NCBI RefSeq assembly: GCF_006345805.1
Contig: NC_042999.1
Span: 156,984,001-157,048,000 of the forward strand
Source: Octopus sinensis
Taxonomy: Eukaryota
DNA length: 64,000 bases
Reading direction: 5' to 3'
Shown: positions 35,934-48,859 of the stretch, piece by piece
Numbering within the stretch: the first letter of the stretch is position 1
Layout of the letters: each line of letters begins with the position of its first letter
Program-made: the position numbers and the translations under genes
Notes under the pieces: generated by a model
The model's input: only the letters and a program-made list of their open reading frames with translations
The model's database searches: none
What the model was told of the DNA's origin: nothing

Positions 35934-36219
35934 CACCAAACAGACATATCCACTACAACTTCCACAAAAAAGCTAGAGATATCGTTGTGTTTGGGCGTTT
36001 TCTTTTCCTTGCTTTTAGTGGTGGTGATAATGATGGTGTTTATGTTGTCGATTTCGTGAGGTTTGGTGCTGATATGGAGTTGGTACACGTGTCGCATGTT
36101 TTCTGTTTCATTGTTTTAAAAAAATTTTCTTGGTGCCCTTTCTCCTCACCGCAAACTTCGACTCGAATGGGGGAACAACGGTACGTTTTCTTGTGTGCAC
36201 GTGTGCACGTATGTGTGTG

Positions 36220-36260
<41 letters not shown>

Positions 36261-36599
36261 TGTGTGTGTGTGTGTGTGTGTATTTATGCATGCAGCAGGG
36301 GGAGGAAGAGAGGGAAGGGGCAAGAGGATGCTTAATAAAAATATCCTCTTTTTTATCCGTTAAAATACAGCAGTTAAACAAATCATATTATCTCTGGATG
36401 ATAGAAAGAAAAATGACGGGATCAGGCTGAAACTTCGATCACGTGACCACAAAAGTACCAACTATAAGCACGCATGCGCAGAAGGCAGTGTGACAATAAT
36501 AAACATATGTTATGGCGAAAGTGCGGATAATTTTTGACTTTTTCACCAGATATCTCTTTTTGACGTTTTCACCAGGATGACATCTCTCAAAGAGAAATA

Positions 36600-36880
36600 A
36601 ACATATAAAATTTGAAGTGGATCACCCTGATGATACTGGTTCCTTATCTCTGCTTGATTCTGAACTCAAAATCATAGAGAACGGATCCATCCCCTCTAAC
36701 TTTAACAGAAAAGCATTTATGCATTATAATTCGTCAGAAATGAGATCTAGTAAATGCGCAGAAATGCTGCGAGGTCGAAAACAAAAAACGAACACCATAC
36801 AATTCTGTAAAGTCCTTATAGAGAATGTCTCTATCCATATTCTTTCATATTACGTCAGGACATTACCAGACCACCTACAA
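36600..36880 (+). mobile_element. PLE reverse transcriptase fragment
   Basis: IKFEVDHPDDTGSLSLLDSELKII...RKAFMHYNS resembles the PLE RT C-terminal motif IKFT.E....LPFLD...YRK..MHY.S. Confidence 0.6.
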
Positions 36881-36885
36881 AACCT

Positions 36886-36937
<52 letters not shown>

Positions 36938-37132
36938 TAAATATGTATATAAATACACACACATGCGCAGACGTAGCTCTGAAGTAAGAAGCTTGCTTCC
37001 TAATCATATGGTTCCGGTTCTAAACCCACTGCGTAGCACCTAGTCTCGAATCGACCAAAGCCTTGTGAGGGTATTTGGTAAACAGAAACCGAAAGAAGTT
37101 TGTCGTATATATATATATATAATATATATATA

Positions 37133-37163
<31 letters not shown>

Positions 37164-39044
37164 AAATCCGTTCTATCTGTCTGCGTGTGTGTCTTATCGG
37201 ATCTCGGGCATCCTCCATCCGATTGCGCTCAAATTTGATATGTAGATACCGACGGTATCAGGACGTGTATAAGTCTTGAAAAAATTACAAAAAACGATTC
37301 CAGGTGAGAATGCGATTGATAAAGCCGTGGGATCGTGCATTTGTACGCACAAGTACATCAGGAATGAGGTTTATAAGGCTGCGCCCCACTAGCTTTTCCA
37401 TGCCCTTGAGCATCCCGTAAAGTAAGTTAGCTTATAATTAGTTACTTAGTTCCCTAGGTTGTTGCTTTTCATCAAAGATTGCCCCAATTTGATTTCCTAC
37501 ACGTTTTATCGGATAAACTTATTATTGTCCCAGGTACGTTCTCGTAAATTCATCATGCTTTTCCATCTAGATTTACCTCCAGCTAACCCATTTGCATGCA
37601 TCGTTTTTGTCCTGCTTTTCTTCCGTCAATCTGTACATAACTGCACCTTCCATATTTTGTTGTTTTTGTACTGCTTAAAGGCACGTTTTTTTCCTGCCAA
37701 GCTTACTGTTTAAACCATGTTTGTGTTCTCAACAGCCTTATCATTACTGGTACTCTAAACTCTTTGGTTGCATATTTGTATGAATAAAATCGTTTTTCTT
37801 TGGAATAGAAAAAAGTCTATCTTTATTTCTTCTTTTGCTGGTGTCTCAAATTTAGGTTAAATCAGTGATTCTCAAAGGGGAGGCCTATGGAACGGTCGGA
37901 CAAGTTGTTTTGAGAAAATTTGGTTTAAATGTTTGACAACTCAGCACCATCTATTGGACGCGGGGAGGGAGATTTTTGCTCGTATATACACATATATGTA
38001 CATATATATGTATGTATGTATTTATATATATATTTGTGTGTCTTTTGTGTTTGAAAACCAAAATTAGAATTACTCTGTGGGATGATAAACATCAGAATGA
38101 AACTAAAACAAGATTCTGTCTTAAGACAGATCAGGACCATCGGTCTTTCAATTATCTGGAGAAAATCCGTATACAGTGAGTACATCTAAAAAACAGGCAC
38201 ATTGCAAGGAGTACATTAAAACAAAATGAATCAATGAAACTGAATAACTGAAGAAAAAAAATAAGTTGGTAAAGGCAACAAAGGAACGCAAGAATGGTTT
38301 GATTTGTGAATGGAATGAGAATAATATGTTGTAAGTTAGCTTATAATCTATTACGGAATCTAACGCTTCCATGTTTAAAGTAAAACTTGAGTGAGCTTGA
38401 AGCAAATTCCATCCAACAAACCAGACGTCTCTAAATAGACTCGTTTACAAGTATGGCTGGGTAAGAAGCTGGGTTTGTTCGAGAAAAAGGCAGAGACATC
38501 ATGGCCAGATTATAATCAGCATGATAGCATGATTCCTCAGAATATTATCATATTTCTGCTCGCAGATGATGCTAATAGATTCAAGAGAATGCGAAGTCTG
38601 AAATTTAAAACTGACACAGAAAAGATAAAAGAAGTGAAACATTTGCAATTCTTCTGATAGTTAGTGTCCTGTGAAAGAAAAAATCGACAAGAATCAAGGA
38701 CGAAATGAGACCCCGATAACGTGAATGGGGAAATACAGAGTAATCGAAAACAGAAACACAGGAACTCACGCACATATGAATGCAAACACACACACACAAA
38801 CACACATATAAAGACACACTGAGACACAGACACACACACACACAGATGTACATGGAAACACAGACACACATGCCCTCCCATACACATAGACACGCGCGCA
38901 CAGATATCAATTTATTCGACATTTATCATAGAAGGCGGTTTGGCTGTCTTTGTGAGAAACGTTATATGGATGAACGAGTGCGTTTGCGAAGAAAACAATG
39001 AGAAAACCAAAACCGTTATCTTACGTATATGAAAAATGACATAG

Positions 39045-39463
39045 GGATCTTTTCGGTTTGAACGGCAGTTTTTTCTAGCGGTGTCATATGAAATTGTCAC
39101 CCATAATTATGACCCTAGTATCGATCTATTGCATTTCAATCTATTTTAGGGTTAGGGTTAGGGTGGGGGGAAGGGTATCTTTTTTTCTTCACAAATGTAA
39201 ATAAACCCAATTTGTTTCTTAAACGAGGGACATATTCATACGGCACAGAATGTTTTTTTTACATCAATAGACGTCAGTGATTGGTTGAAATTGCAGAAAT
39301 TGAAGAAAAAGAAACAACAATTATCTTACAAACTATAGAATTTTCTCAATAAAGCCAAGAGAAAAAGATGTTTTATAAACACATTCTACCAGTATACGAA
39401 GTTTAAAATTTTTTAGTTACCTAGAAATTATGTTAAAAACTGCCGTTCAAACCGAAAAGATCC
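39045..39463 (-). mobile_element. GGATC-TIR MITE
   Basis: Perfect TIRs; (TTAGGG)3. Confidence 0.92.
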
Positions 39464-40023
39464 CGATTAACTGCTTGACCAACGTGTTTGACATGAGAGT
39501 TTGAAAAACTAGTAAAAGACTGCTAATCGATAAATTGAGTAACGGAGTAATTAACCCAAATATATATACATACACACATATATTCTGCGATTATTTGGTG
39601 AGCCGAATTTTACAATCTGTAAATAATAATAATATTTTCATAAGCTTAAAGCTTATAAGCGATCCCCTTGTATTGACTAAGGCAAATAGTCTAATACTGG
39701 GATATATAAGCCCTCGACGGAAAAAAAGTAGAGTTTGGCGTATGCATGGAACTCGAACCCACACCTCTATGTATCCACGACAGGTGTGCTATCATTTACA
39801 CTTACGTATACACTGACTTTTCCCACTCAAATTCAAGAACTATACTTTCATAATGTTGTTTTTTGTAAACAAACTTTCCATGTCCGTTTTCTGTGATTAT
39901 TTGGTAAGAGGTGCCGAATTTTACATAGAGGTGCGGATTCGAGGTCCATACGTAGGACAAACCCTACTTTTTTCCGTTGAGGGCTTATATTGACTCTATG
40001 AATATACAAACACACACACACAC

Positions 40024-40630
40024 GTAGATCGGCTGAAAAGTTCATAGGCTGTCCAATATACTCTCATGGAATGTGACCAAATGAGGTTTATTTTTCAATA
40101 TAGTCCCCCTTGCGGTTCACACACTTCTTCCATCGGTGTTGGACAAGTGATATTTAGGGCCACATCAGGAAATAGGGACGATGATCAACCAGTTCAAAGC
40201 CACTGTTACGCACAACATCCACTGGAACAAAGAACTTATGTGCTGGAGCATTGTCCTGATAAAGCAAGAGCCTTTTCGTCATTTTTCCTGAGCGTGTAGT
40301 CTTGATAGCCTTTCATAACTGCGTTAGTAAGTTGGCCCTTTTCCCGATAGTCATTAAACACAATGCCTTTTGCATCCCAAAAAGCCTAAAGTCATCACCT
40401 TCACTGCAAATGAAACTACCTTGGTCTTCTTTGGAGCAAGTGAGGAGGGGGTGTTTCCACTACATGAAATGTCTCATTTTCTCTGGCTCAAAATGATGAA
40501 GTCAGCGCTCATCCTGGCTTAAGAAACGTTCAAAGAAACCAGCTGGATCTGTCTGAAGCAGTGTCAGATTTCCCCATGATGTCGTCAACCTGATACGCTT
40601 TTGATCAGGTATCAGAAAATGTGGCACCCA
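40024..40630 (-). mobile_element. Mariner remnant, internally deleted
   Basis: Minus strand reads WKHPSSPAPKK, WDAKGIVF, YQDNAPAH and HRWKKCVNRKGDYIEK*. Confidence 0.8.
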
Positions 40631-40643
40631 TCAAACAGCTTCC

Positions 40644-41245
40644 TTTTTTTTCTTTATTGCCCACAAGGGGCTAAACATAGAGGGGACAAATAAGGACAGA
40701 CAAAGGGATTAAGTCGATTACATCGACCCCAGTGCGTAACTGCTACTTAATTTATCGACCCCGAAAGGATGAAAGGCAAAGTCGACCTCGGCGGAATTTG
40801 AACTCAGAACGTAAATACAGACGAAATACCTATTTCTTTACTACCCACAGGGGGCTTAACACAGAGAGGACAAACAAGGACAGACACACGGATTAAGTCG
40901 ATTATATCGACCCCAGTGCGTAACTGGTACTTATTTAATCGACTCCGAAAGGATGAAAGGCAAAGTCGACCTCGACGGAATTTGAACTCAGAACGTAAAG
41001 ACAGACGAAATACCTATTTCTTTACTACCCACAAGGGGCTAAACACAGAGAGGACAAACAAAGACAGACACACGGATTAAGTCGATTATATCGACCCAAG
41101 TGCGTAACTGGTACTTATTTAATCCACCCCGAAAGGATGAAAGGCAAAGTCGACCTCGGCGGAATTTAAACTCAGAACGTAGCGGCAGACGAAATACTGC
41201 TAAGCATTTCACCCAGCGTGCTAACGATTCTGCCAGCTCGCCGCC
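40644..41245 (-). mobile_element. Family D SINE trimer inside one TSD
   Basis: Junctions at 40829/40830 and 41013/41014; aaacagcttcc at 40633-40643 and 41246-41256. Confidence 0.92.
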
Positions 41246-41798
41246 AAACAGCTTCCAAACAGCTTCCTTTGTTACCAAGTTCACTGTGCAGAATATTCTC
41301 AACTCTCGGGAAATGCTAATTGCAGTGGCTGTTTGATTTATGCTCAATATTTTCCTAGAAAGTGGCAATTGCAGGATGTCTAGACATTGAGTCATCTTCA
41401 AGACACTCCGTTCTCCTCTTTAAATTCGGCTGCCCATTTTTGCACTGATGATAAAACTGGAGCGTCAACCCCTAATGTAGCAACGATGTCAGTATGAATG
41501 TTCTTGCTGGCTAAAGCTTTTTACTGCAGGTGCAAAAATTTTGTCCATTTTCAAAAGTCGCTACTAGTAGCTTTTGAAGTCTTCTTTGAAAATCAGATGT
41601 TAGTTTACCTGAAAAGAAACGATGCAGTTGTTAATAAGAGGATCTAAAATTAATGTATGCAAGATTTCACTGCTCTAGCGTCACTCCTTCATAGTAACCC
41701 CACAAACTTTACAGCTCATCCTCGTATGTGTATATACATATGTGTGTGTGTTTATAAATAGAAATAATCTTACGCGGCTTGTGCCAAATTTTAACTTA

Positions 41799-42321
41799 CC
41801 GTAAATCCTCGGGTATAATCCGCATTTTCCCCCAAAATTTAATGGTCAAAATCCCTAGTGCGTACTATATACGAGGTTAAAAATGAAAAATACTTTCTAA
41901 GCATTGTCCGAGTCTCTATTTGCTGTCTGGCTAAGTTTATTCAAACGCATTTTGTGATGTCGGGCGCGAAAATACCTTAAGCTAAGCCTGAAAGCAATGA
42001 AGTCATAAAAGAATCATCAATAACTTGCAGTAAGCAACATTTATTAAAATAAAAATATTCAGAACACAGAATAACATGTAACATAAACAATTTGCAAACA
42101 TATTTACATTCCCATATAACAGTTAAGAACATCACCATTATTGTATTACGCATGCGCGGAAGTGTTTGTTCGACAAGGTGCTGCTGGCTTAATTACGCAC
42201 GACTCAAGTTAGAGAAGGGGTGTGTATTATACACAAGGTTTAGGATTTTCAGAAGTACAGCCTCCTCAAAAAATCCCCAGCATATTATACTCAAGGGCGG
42301 ACTATACTTGAGAATTTACGG
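41799..42321. mobile_element. Tc1/mariner-superfamily (pogo/Tc2-like) MITE
   Basis: TA-ccgtaaatcctcgggtataatccgc ... gcggactatacttgagaatttacgg-TA. Confidence 0.8.
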
Positions 42322-43077
42322 TAATCTCTTCATGAGACATCGACAGCATCAAATGGAAGATTCTAATAAAGCACAATAAATTTAAAAACATGTCGTTTTC
42401 CTGGTTCCAGCCGCCGAGATTCTTTGTATTGACGGTCGGAAAAGAGCTAGAGACCCTTGGTGAGTACACCATCCGTAGTCAAAAGGAAGGAACATTCTTG
42501 GCAGCAGTAGGCCACAGGACGTCATCAACAACAATTTCAACAGGTCGGTGTGGGCCATCGCCGAGTAGCTCAAAGTGGTGTGGTCAACTAACAAATTTTT
42601 ATGCTCCAGTAAAACTCCGACGTGTTGAAGACAGTCCATATCCGGCAAGACCCAAGAGAACCGTGTGATTCAATCAATGCGCTGGCTGAACAAGCTCAAC
42701 CATTTCGTCGTGCTCTGGTTCAACTGTGAGACCTTTCACTTGGAACAGAAAAAGCAACGAGTGGCTTGTCGAAGACTCCACATTGATAACCAAGAATATG
42801 TACACAGAATTTCTCACATCTCTCATGATCCTGGTGGTCGTGAGCAACGAGGGCTGCTGTCGTGAGCGTGACTCACCTGATTGTGGTATGCGGTTGCTTC
42901 CGTGACGGCATCGAAGACCATCCCCGAAACCAGTTTCCCCTGACTGGCCTGTTTCTTCACATGTATCTAGCTGAACGTCTGTACGCGTGCGCCGTTTTTC
43001 TAGGACTAAGTTTTTTTTCTGTTTGATGTTTTTGTTTTCATTTGTGTTTTGTTTTGTTGTCGGTCCTTTGGCATTTA

Positions 43078-43198
43078 CGATACATACACGCACACATACA
43101 TACATACATACATAAATACCTACATACGTACACACACACGCATATATACATACATACATACATACATACATCATACATACATACACACATATATATAT

Positions 43199-43233
<35 letters not shown>

Positions 43234-43318
43234 TATACATACATACATACATACATACATACATACATACATACGTACCTTCGTACGTACGTATGTACGT
43301 ATGTATATGTATATTAAA

Positions 43319-43355
<37 letters not shown>

Positions 43356-43370
43356 AATGTGTGTGTGTGT

Positions 43371-43407
<37 letters not shown>
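43078..43407. repeat. Compound (CATA)n/(CA)n/(TA)n/(TG)n microsatellite
   Basis: Seen directly. Comparable tracts lie at 57620-57913, 25415-25540, 29750-29865 and 36200-36285. Confidence 0.95.
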
Positions 43408-44739
43408 ATCGAAATAAGTTTTAGGAACTAAGGGTGCGCCAATCTCAGTGCGTGACTGGAAATGTATTTCGAGAATAGATGCAAAGTTGTAGAATTCCTG
43501 CCTCTTGTTAAATGAAGTCGTGAATAACAAAATTGCAATGTCAAATATAGTAGATTTGATATCCCTTATTTCCTCTCGCATTTTCTTTCTTTCTTTCTTT
43601 CCATTTTTGTTTTAAAGTTTTAAATTAAACTGTGTGAGAAAAATATCAAAGCTGGAATAAGATGAAGGGGGGAACAAGAGAAGGGAGGATAGGAAAAGAA
43701 AAGCTGGAGAGAAACGGCACCGCCACCATTATCAGCAGCAGCATGAGCAGATGCAGATGAATTGGATGGCAATGGCAGAAGCTGGGGTGGAAGCAGAGTA
43801 CTAGCAATAGACGTGGAACTACTATAGCCCCCACCAAGTTTCATTAGTTCATTCTTGCCATACCATTTCTCGCTTTTTATAATTTAGTTACTTTGTTTCA
43901 AGAATTGAATGCCACAACGACAGGGCACAGGAAAAAGGAATGCAAGTAGCCATTCAAGCAAAAGACCGAGGTACCCGTTCTGTCCTGCACATCGTTAAAA
44001 CACACACACACACAGAATCAACACTTACCATAAACATACACAGGCAAACATACATGTAAATAGGGTTCACAAACACATAGAAATAGACGCCTGCATCACA
44101 TATGCTCACACATACATTTAATCGTGGTCCCAAGTCTTGTAAATACACATTCATATAAACATAAAAATACATGTGTTGACATCTAAATACATAGACACAC
44201 CATCAGTTCACATCTCACGCTATTCGCATACAGTTGTCAATGACATAGATAGACACCCAGAGCTCTACAATCTAACACATAACATACAAACACAACACTC
44301 TTTACATTGCTACATCCAGATATACATAGACTGAGGCCTACATCTTTCAGTCCATTTATACAGATTTTATACACCTATGTATTATCCACACCCATAAACA
44401 TGTACAGGCATACAGTCGTTAGTATATACACATAAACATAAATATTAATTACATTAACTTACTAACTACCTAAAAAAAAAACATATTTGCACAGATTCGT
44501 ACCTCAACTAAATCTGAACATATTTACTAAGTGTCTGTTAGTGCACTGTGATTCAGATTAAGAGTGCATTATCGTAGTTGCCGCATGCAATAAGTTATAA
44601 GAAATTTATCCAGCTGACCAAAAGGCCTCAATACAGAAGTATAGCATGGACTGGTCAGCGCTTCTTTCCCTGATAGTGACCATCTCTTTTCACTGTAAGT
44701 ATAAAATTGCTCTTTCAACTCCCAATCTACCATTATTAT

Positions 44740-46940
44740 TATTACTATTGAATCGTTAGAGTGTCGTACAAAATGCTTAACCGTATTTCTTCCGGTTCTT
44801 TACGTTCAGATTTCAAATTCTACCGAAATCATCTTTGTCTTTCATCGACTCATGCCCTCCCCACAAAATTGCTGCCCTTGTAGCAAAATCTGAAACTATT
44901 ATTATAACTATTGCTTAACGGCATTTCGTCCAACTTTACGGTCTGAGTTCAAATTCCGCCGATGTCGACTTTGCATTTCATCCTTTCGGGGTCGAAGAAA
45001 TAAGTACCAGTTATACACTGGAACACTTGTAATTAACTAGTCCTCCCGCCCAAATTTCAAGTCTTGTGCCTATAGCAAAAAGGATTATCATTATTATTAT
45101 TGTTGTTGTTGTTTTTATTCCACCAAGGTCGACTTTACCTTTCATCTTTTCGAGGTAGCTAAATAAGTACCAATTGAGTTCTGGGGTCAATGTAATCGAC
45201 TGTCCACCGTCCCCGAATTTCAGGCTTTGTGCCTATAGTAGAAAGGATTGTTGTTGTTGTTGTCATTGTCGTTATTATTAAGAGGGCCAGCTGGCAGAAT
45301 CGTTAGCACGCCAGGAAAAATGCTTTATGGCATCTCGTCCGTCTTTACGTTCTGAGTTCAAATTCCGCCTAGGTCGACTTTGCCTTTATTCCCTTCAGGA
45401 TCGCTTAAATAAGTAACAGTTACTTATTGAGGTCGATATAATCGATTTACCCCTCCCCACAAATTTCGGGCCTTGCGCCTATAGTAGAAAGGATTGTTAT
45501 TTTTGTTGTTGTTGTTGTTGTTATATTTATTTTGGCAGAATCGTTAGCAGGTCAGGCAAATGGCTTAGCGGCATTTCGTTCGCCTGTACGTTCCGAGTTC
45601 AAATTCCGCTGAAGTCGAGTTTATCTTTCATCCTTTCGGGGTCGATAAAATAAGTGTCAGTTGAACATTAGAGTCGATGTTCAACTCACTCCCTTCCCTG
45701 AACTTGCTGGCCTTGGGCCCAGCACGAAGTTTTGTCAGTGAACAGGTCGCCGTCTCAAAGCGACGAAAATATTTTGACAAATTAAATTTAAATGTTGAAG
45801 TGAATCTGACGGTTTTGTCTCTGTTTCTTAAATGGCTTATAAACACCTTCAACGCTGCAATTGTTTTCGTTCCAGCACACGATCTCAGATCAGGTCACTC
45901 GCTATGCAAGTACATCTCCGTAATTATTATTATTAGTTTTTCTTTGTTAAAATTTTTGGTCGTTAAACTGCTTTTCACTCGGTTTTTTTTTTCACAAACC
46001 TTTTGTAACCTTTCGTCCTGTTTTGTCCCTTTATGTTTTCCAATCATATTTGTCAGCCCTTGTGGCCAATAAAAAGAATTAATTATTATTATTATTATTA
46101 TTATTATTCAGACGGCGAGCTGACAGAATCGTTAGTATGCCGGACAAAATGCTTAGCGGCATTTCGTCTGTGGTTGATGAATAAGTACCAGTTGAGCACT
46201 GGGATCGATATAATCGATTACCCCCCCCCCCCGCCACCCCAACTTCCAAGCCTTGTGCCTATCGCAGAAAGCATTGTTACTATTATTATAGACAACCTGA
46301 CAGAACCTTTAGCACGCCAGGCAAAATGCTTCACGGTATTTCGTTCGTTTTTTACGTTCTGAGTTCAAATTTTGCCGACGTCTATTTTGCCTTCTGTTCT
46401 TTCTGCGTCGATAAAATTAGTACCAGCTGAGTACTGGGGTGGATGTAATCTACTTACCTCTCCCCACCGAAATCGCTGACTTTGAAATTATTATTAAAGC
46501 AATGTGCTGGCAGAATCGTTTGTACGCCGGGCGAAATGCGTACCCGTATTTCGTCTGAGTTCAAATTCCGCCGAGGTTGACTTTGCCTTTCATCCTTTCG
46601 GGGTCGATAAATTAAGTACCAGTTACGCACTGGAGTCGATCTAATCGACTTAATCCCTTTGTCCGTCCTTATTTGTCCCATCTATGTTTAGCGCTTTGTC
46701 CCCTCTATGTTTAGCCCCTTGTGGGCAATAAAGAAATAAGAATCGTTTGTACGCTGGAGAAAATTCTCGGCAGCATTTCGTCTGTCTCAACATTCTAAGT
46801 TCAAATTCCGCCGAGGCCGATTTTACTTTTCATTTTTCGGGGTCGATAAAATACGTACACGGCAATTACTGGGGTCTATATAATTGACTTCCTCTGTCTC
46901 TCAAGAACTGTTGGCCTTGTGCCAAAATGTTAAACCACAT
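44740..46940 (+). mobile_element. Cluster of about nine co-oriented, degenerate family D-related SINEs
   Basis: Repeated gagttcaaattccgcc...gtcgactttgcctttcatcctttcggggtcgat bodies separated by (TTA/TTG)n tails. Confidence 0.8.
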
Positions 46941-47593
46941 AATTATTATTATTTCGCTATTACCATTACTAGTTTTTCTCTTTCTTAATCTCTGGACAAC
47001 CATTAAAAAAAAAACAATTGTGTTGCTATTAATGGTGCTATTTACCCCAAGGTCAGCCTTGTTTGCATATCAAGGACTATAACGTCCCATGTGGTCTTCA
47101 TTTAAAACAATAACATGTGATTTAAAGGAAATTGACTGCTATATCTTGTAGCACGAAGGACCTAGTAGAGAGAGGCTCCTTCGTTAGCTCATCTCGAACT
47201 GTTGTATTGTTAAAAATATTGATAATGAGAATGATGTTAATAACTTTGTATAAGTGATTTCACAATTTTCCTCTGCATTATTGTTGATGTAATTTTATTT
47301 TTAATTTTACTGTCAATAGCGAAAATTGGAACGGTATGTAGGATGCTGACGTTATTCTTACAGTTTAATTCTTGTTTAATTCTTATTGTGAGGATAAAAA
47401 AAAGTTAGCGAGGACATGGCCATAAATTGCTGGTTTAGTTGGTAAATAGGAGACATCTGCATTATGTTTCGTTGACTGACATCAAGTGCAACGTGAAATG
47501 TTTTTGAAGGCGATGAATAAATATATCAACTGAGATCATGAGAACTAATAATGCTACACACATCTTTGCCATTTGCGTCGCTGTTTATAAATT

Positions 47594-47977
47594 TGGAAGC
47601 ACTCCGTCGGTTACGACGACGAGGGTTCCGGTTGATCCGAATCAACGGAACAGCCTGCTCGTGAAATTAACGTGCAAGTGGTTGAGCACTCCACAGACAC
47701 GTGTACCCTTAACGTAGTTCTCGGGGATATTCAGCGTGACACAGATAGTGACAAGGCCGGCCCTTTGAAATAGAGGTACAACAGAAACAGGAAGTAAGAG
47801 TGAGAGAAAGTTGTGGTGAAAGAGTACAGCAGGGATCACCACCATCCCTGCCGGAGCCTCGTGGAGCTTTAGGTGTTTTCGCTCAATAAACACTCACAAC
47901 GCCCGGTCTGGGAATCGAAACCGCGATCCTACGACCGCGAGTCCGCTGCCCTAACCACTGGGCCATTGCGCCTCCAC
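47594..47977 (-). mobile_element. Family C SINE with 11-bp TSD
   Basis: tgtttataaat at 47582-47592 and 47978-47988. Confidence 0.92.
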
Positions 47978-48308
47978 TGTTTATAAATATACGTCAGCAA
48001 GCTTCTGTACACGTTGCCAAGAGAAAAAATCATTGCAGCATATTTACAGAAGAATTTGAAATTACCTTTATTTTGGGCAATAATGATATACTCATTGACA
48101 ATTATTATTATGAAAGAGAAATCGTATCGCCCCACTTCGAATTAGAAAAACATAAATTGTCATTGAATATTATTACATTTTCCATTTTGATTTGGTCTTG
48201 CAATGATTTTAAAAATTACAATAAGGTATTTTGTTTTTCTATGCTCTATCTTGCTAATATGTATACATGCATCAAACATGATTGAATACAAGCATATTTA
48301 TATACATA

Positions 48309-48693
48309 GTGGAGGCGCAATGGCCCAGTGGTTAGGGCAGCGGACTCGCGGTCATAGGACCGCGGTTTCGATTCCCAGACCGGGCGTTGTGAGTGTTTAT
48401 TGAGCGAAAACACCTAAAGCTCCACGAAGCTCCGGCAGGGGATGGTGGTGATCCCTGCTGTACTCTTTCACCACAACTTTCTCTCACTCTTACTTCCTGT
48501 TTCTATTGTACCTGTATTTCAAGGGGCCGGCCTTGTCACTCTCTGTGTCATGCTGAATATCCCCGAGAACTACGTTAAGGGTGCACGTGTCTGTGGAGTG
48601 CTCAGCCACTTACACGTTAATTTCACGAGCAGGCTGTTCCGTTGATTCGGATCAACCGGAACCCTCGTCGTCGTAACCGATGGAGTGCTTCCA
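48309..48693 (+). mobile_element. Family C SINE with 12-bp TSD
   Basis: tttatatacata at 48297-48308 and 48694-48705. Confidence 0.92.
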
Positions 48694-48859
48694 TTTATAT
48701 ACATAAAAACGTGCTTTCATACATACATGCACGCATACGTAGTTAGTTAAAGTCCCACGACCACTACTGAGCGCCATTGAATACCTGAACAACACTTGGT
48801 ACACCACTTTTCTCCTCCTTAGGAGTGGTAAGGAGTAAATTGAGTCGGTCAGCATTCAC

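Noticed and set aside
43038-43581. Long ORFs such as MYVCMYVC... and HTHTHT... (also 57454-58153, 35900-36430, 25360-25594)
   Set aside because: They are translations of microsatellites.
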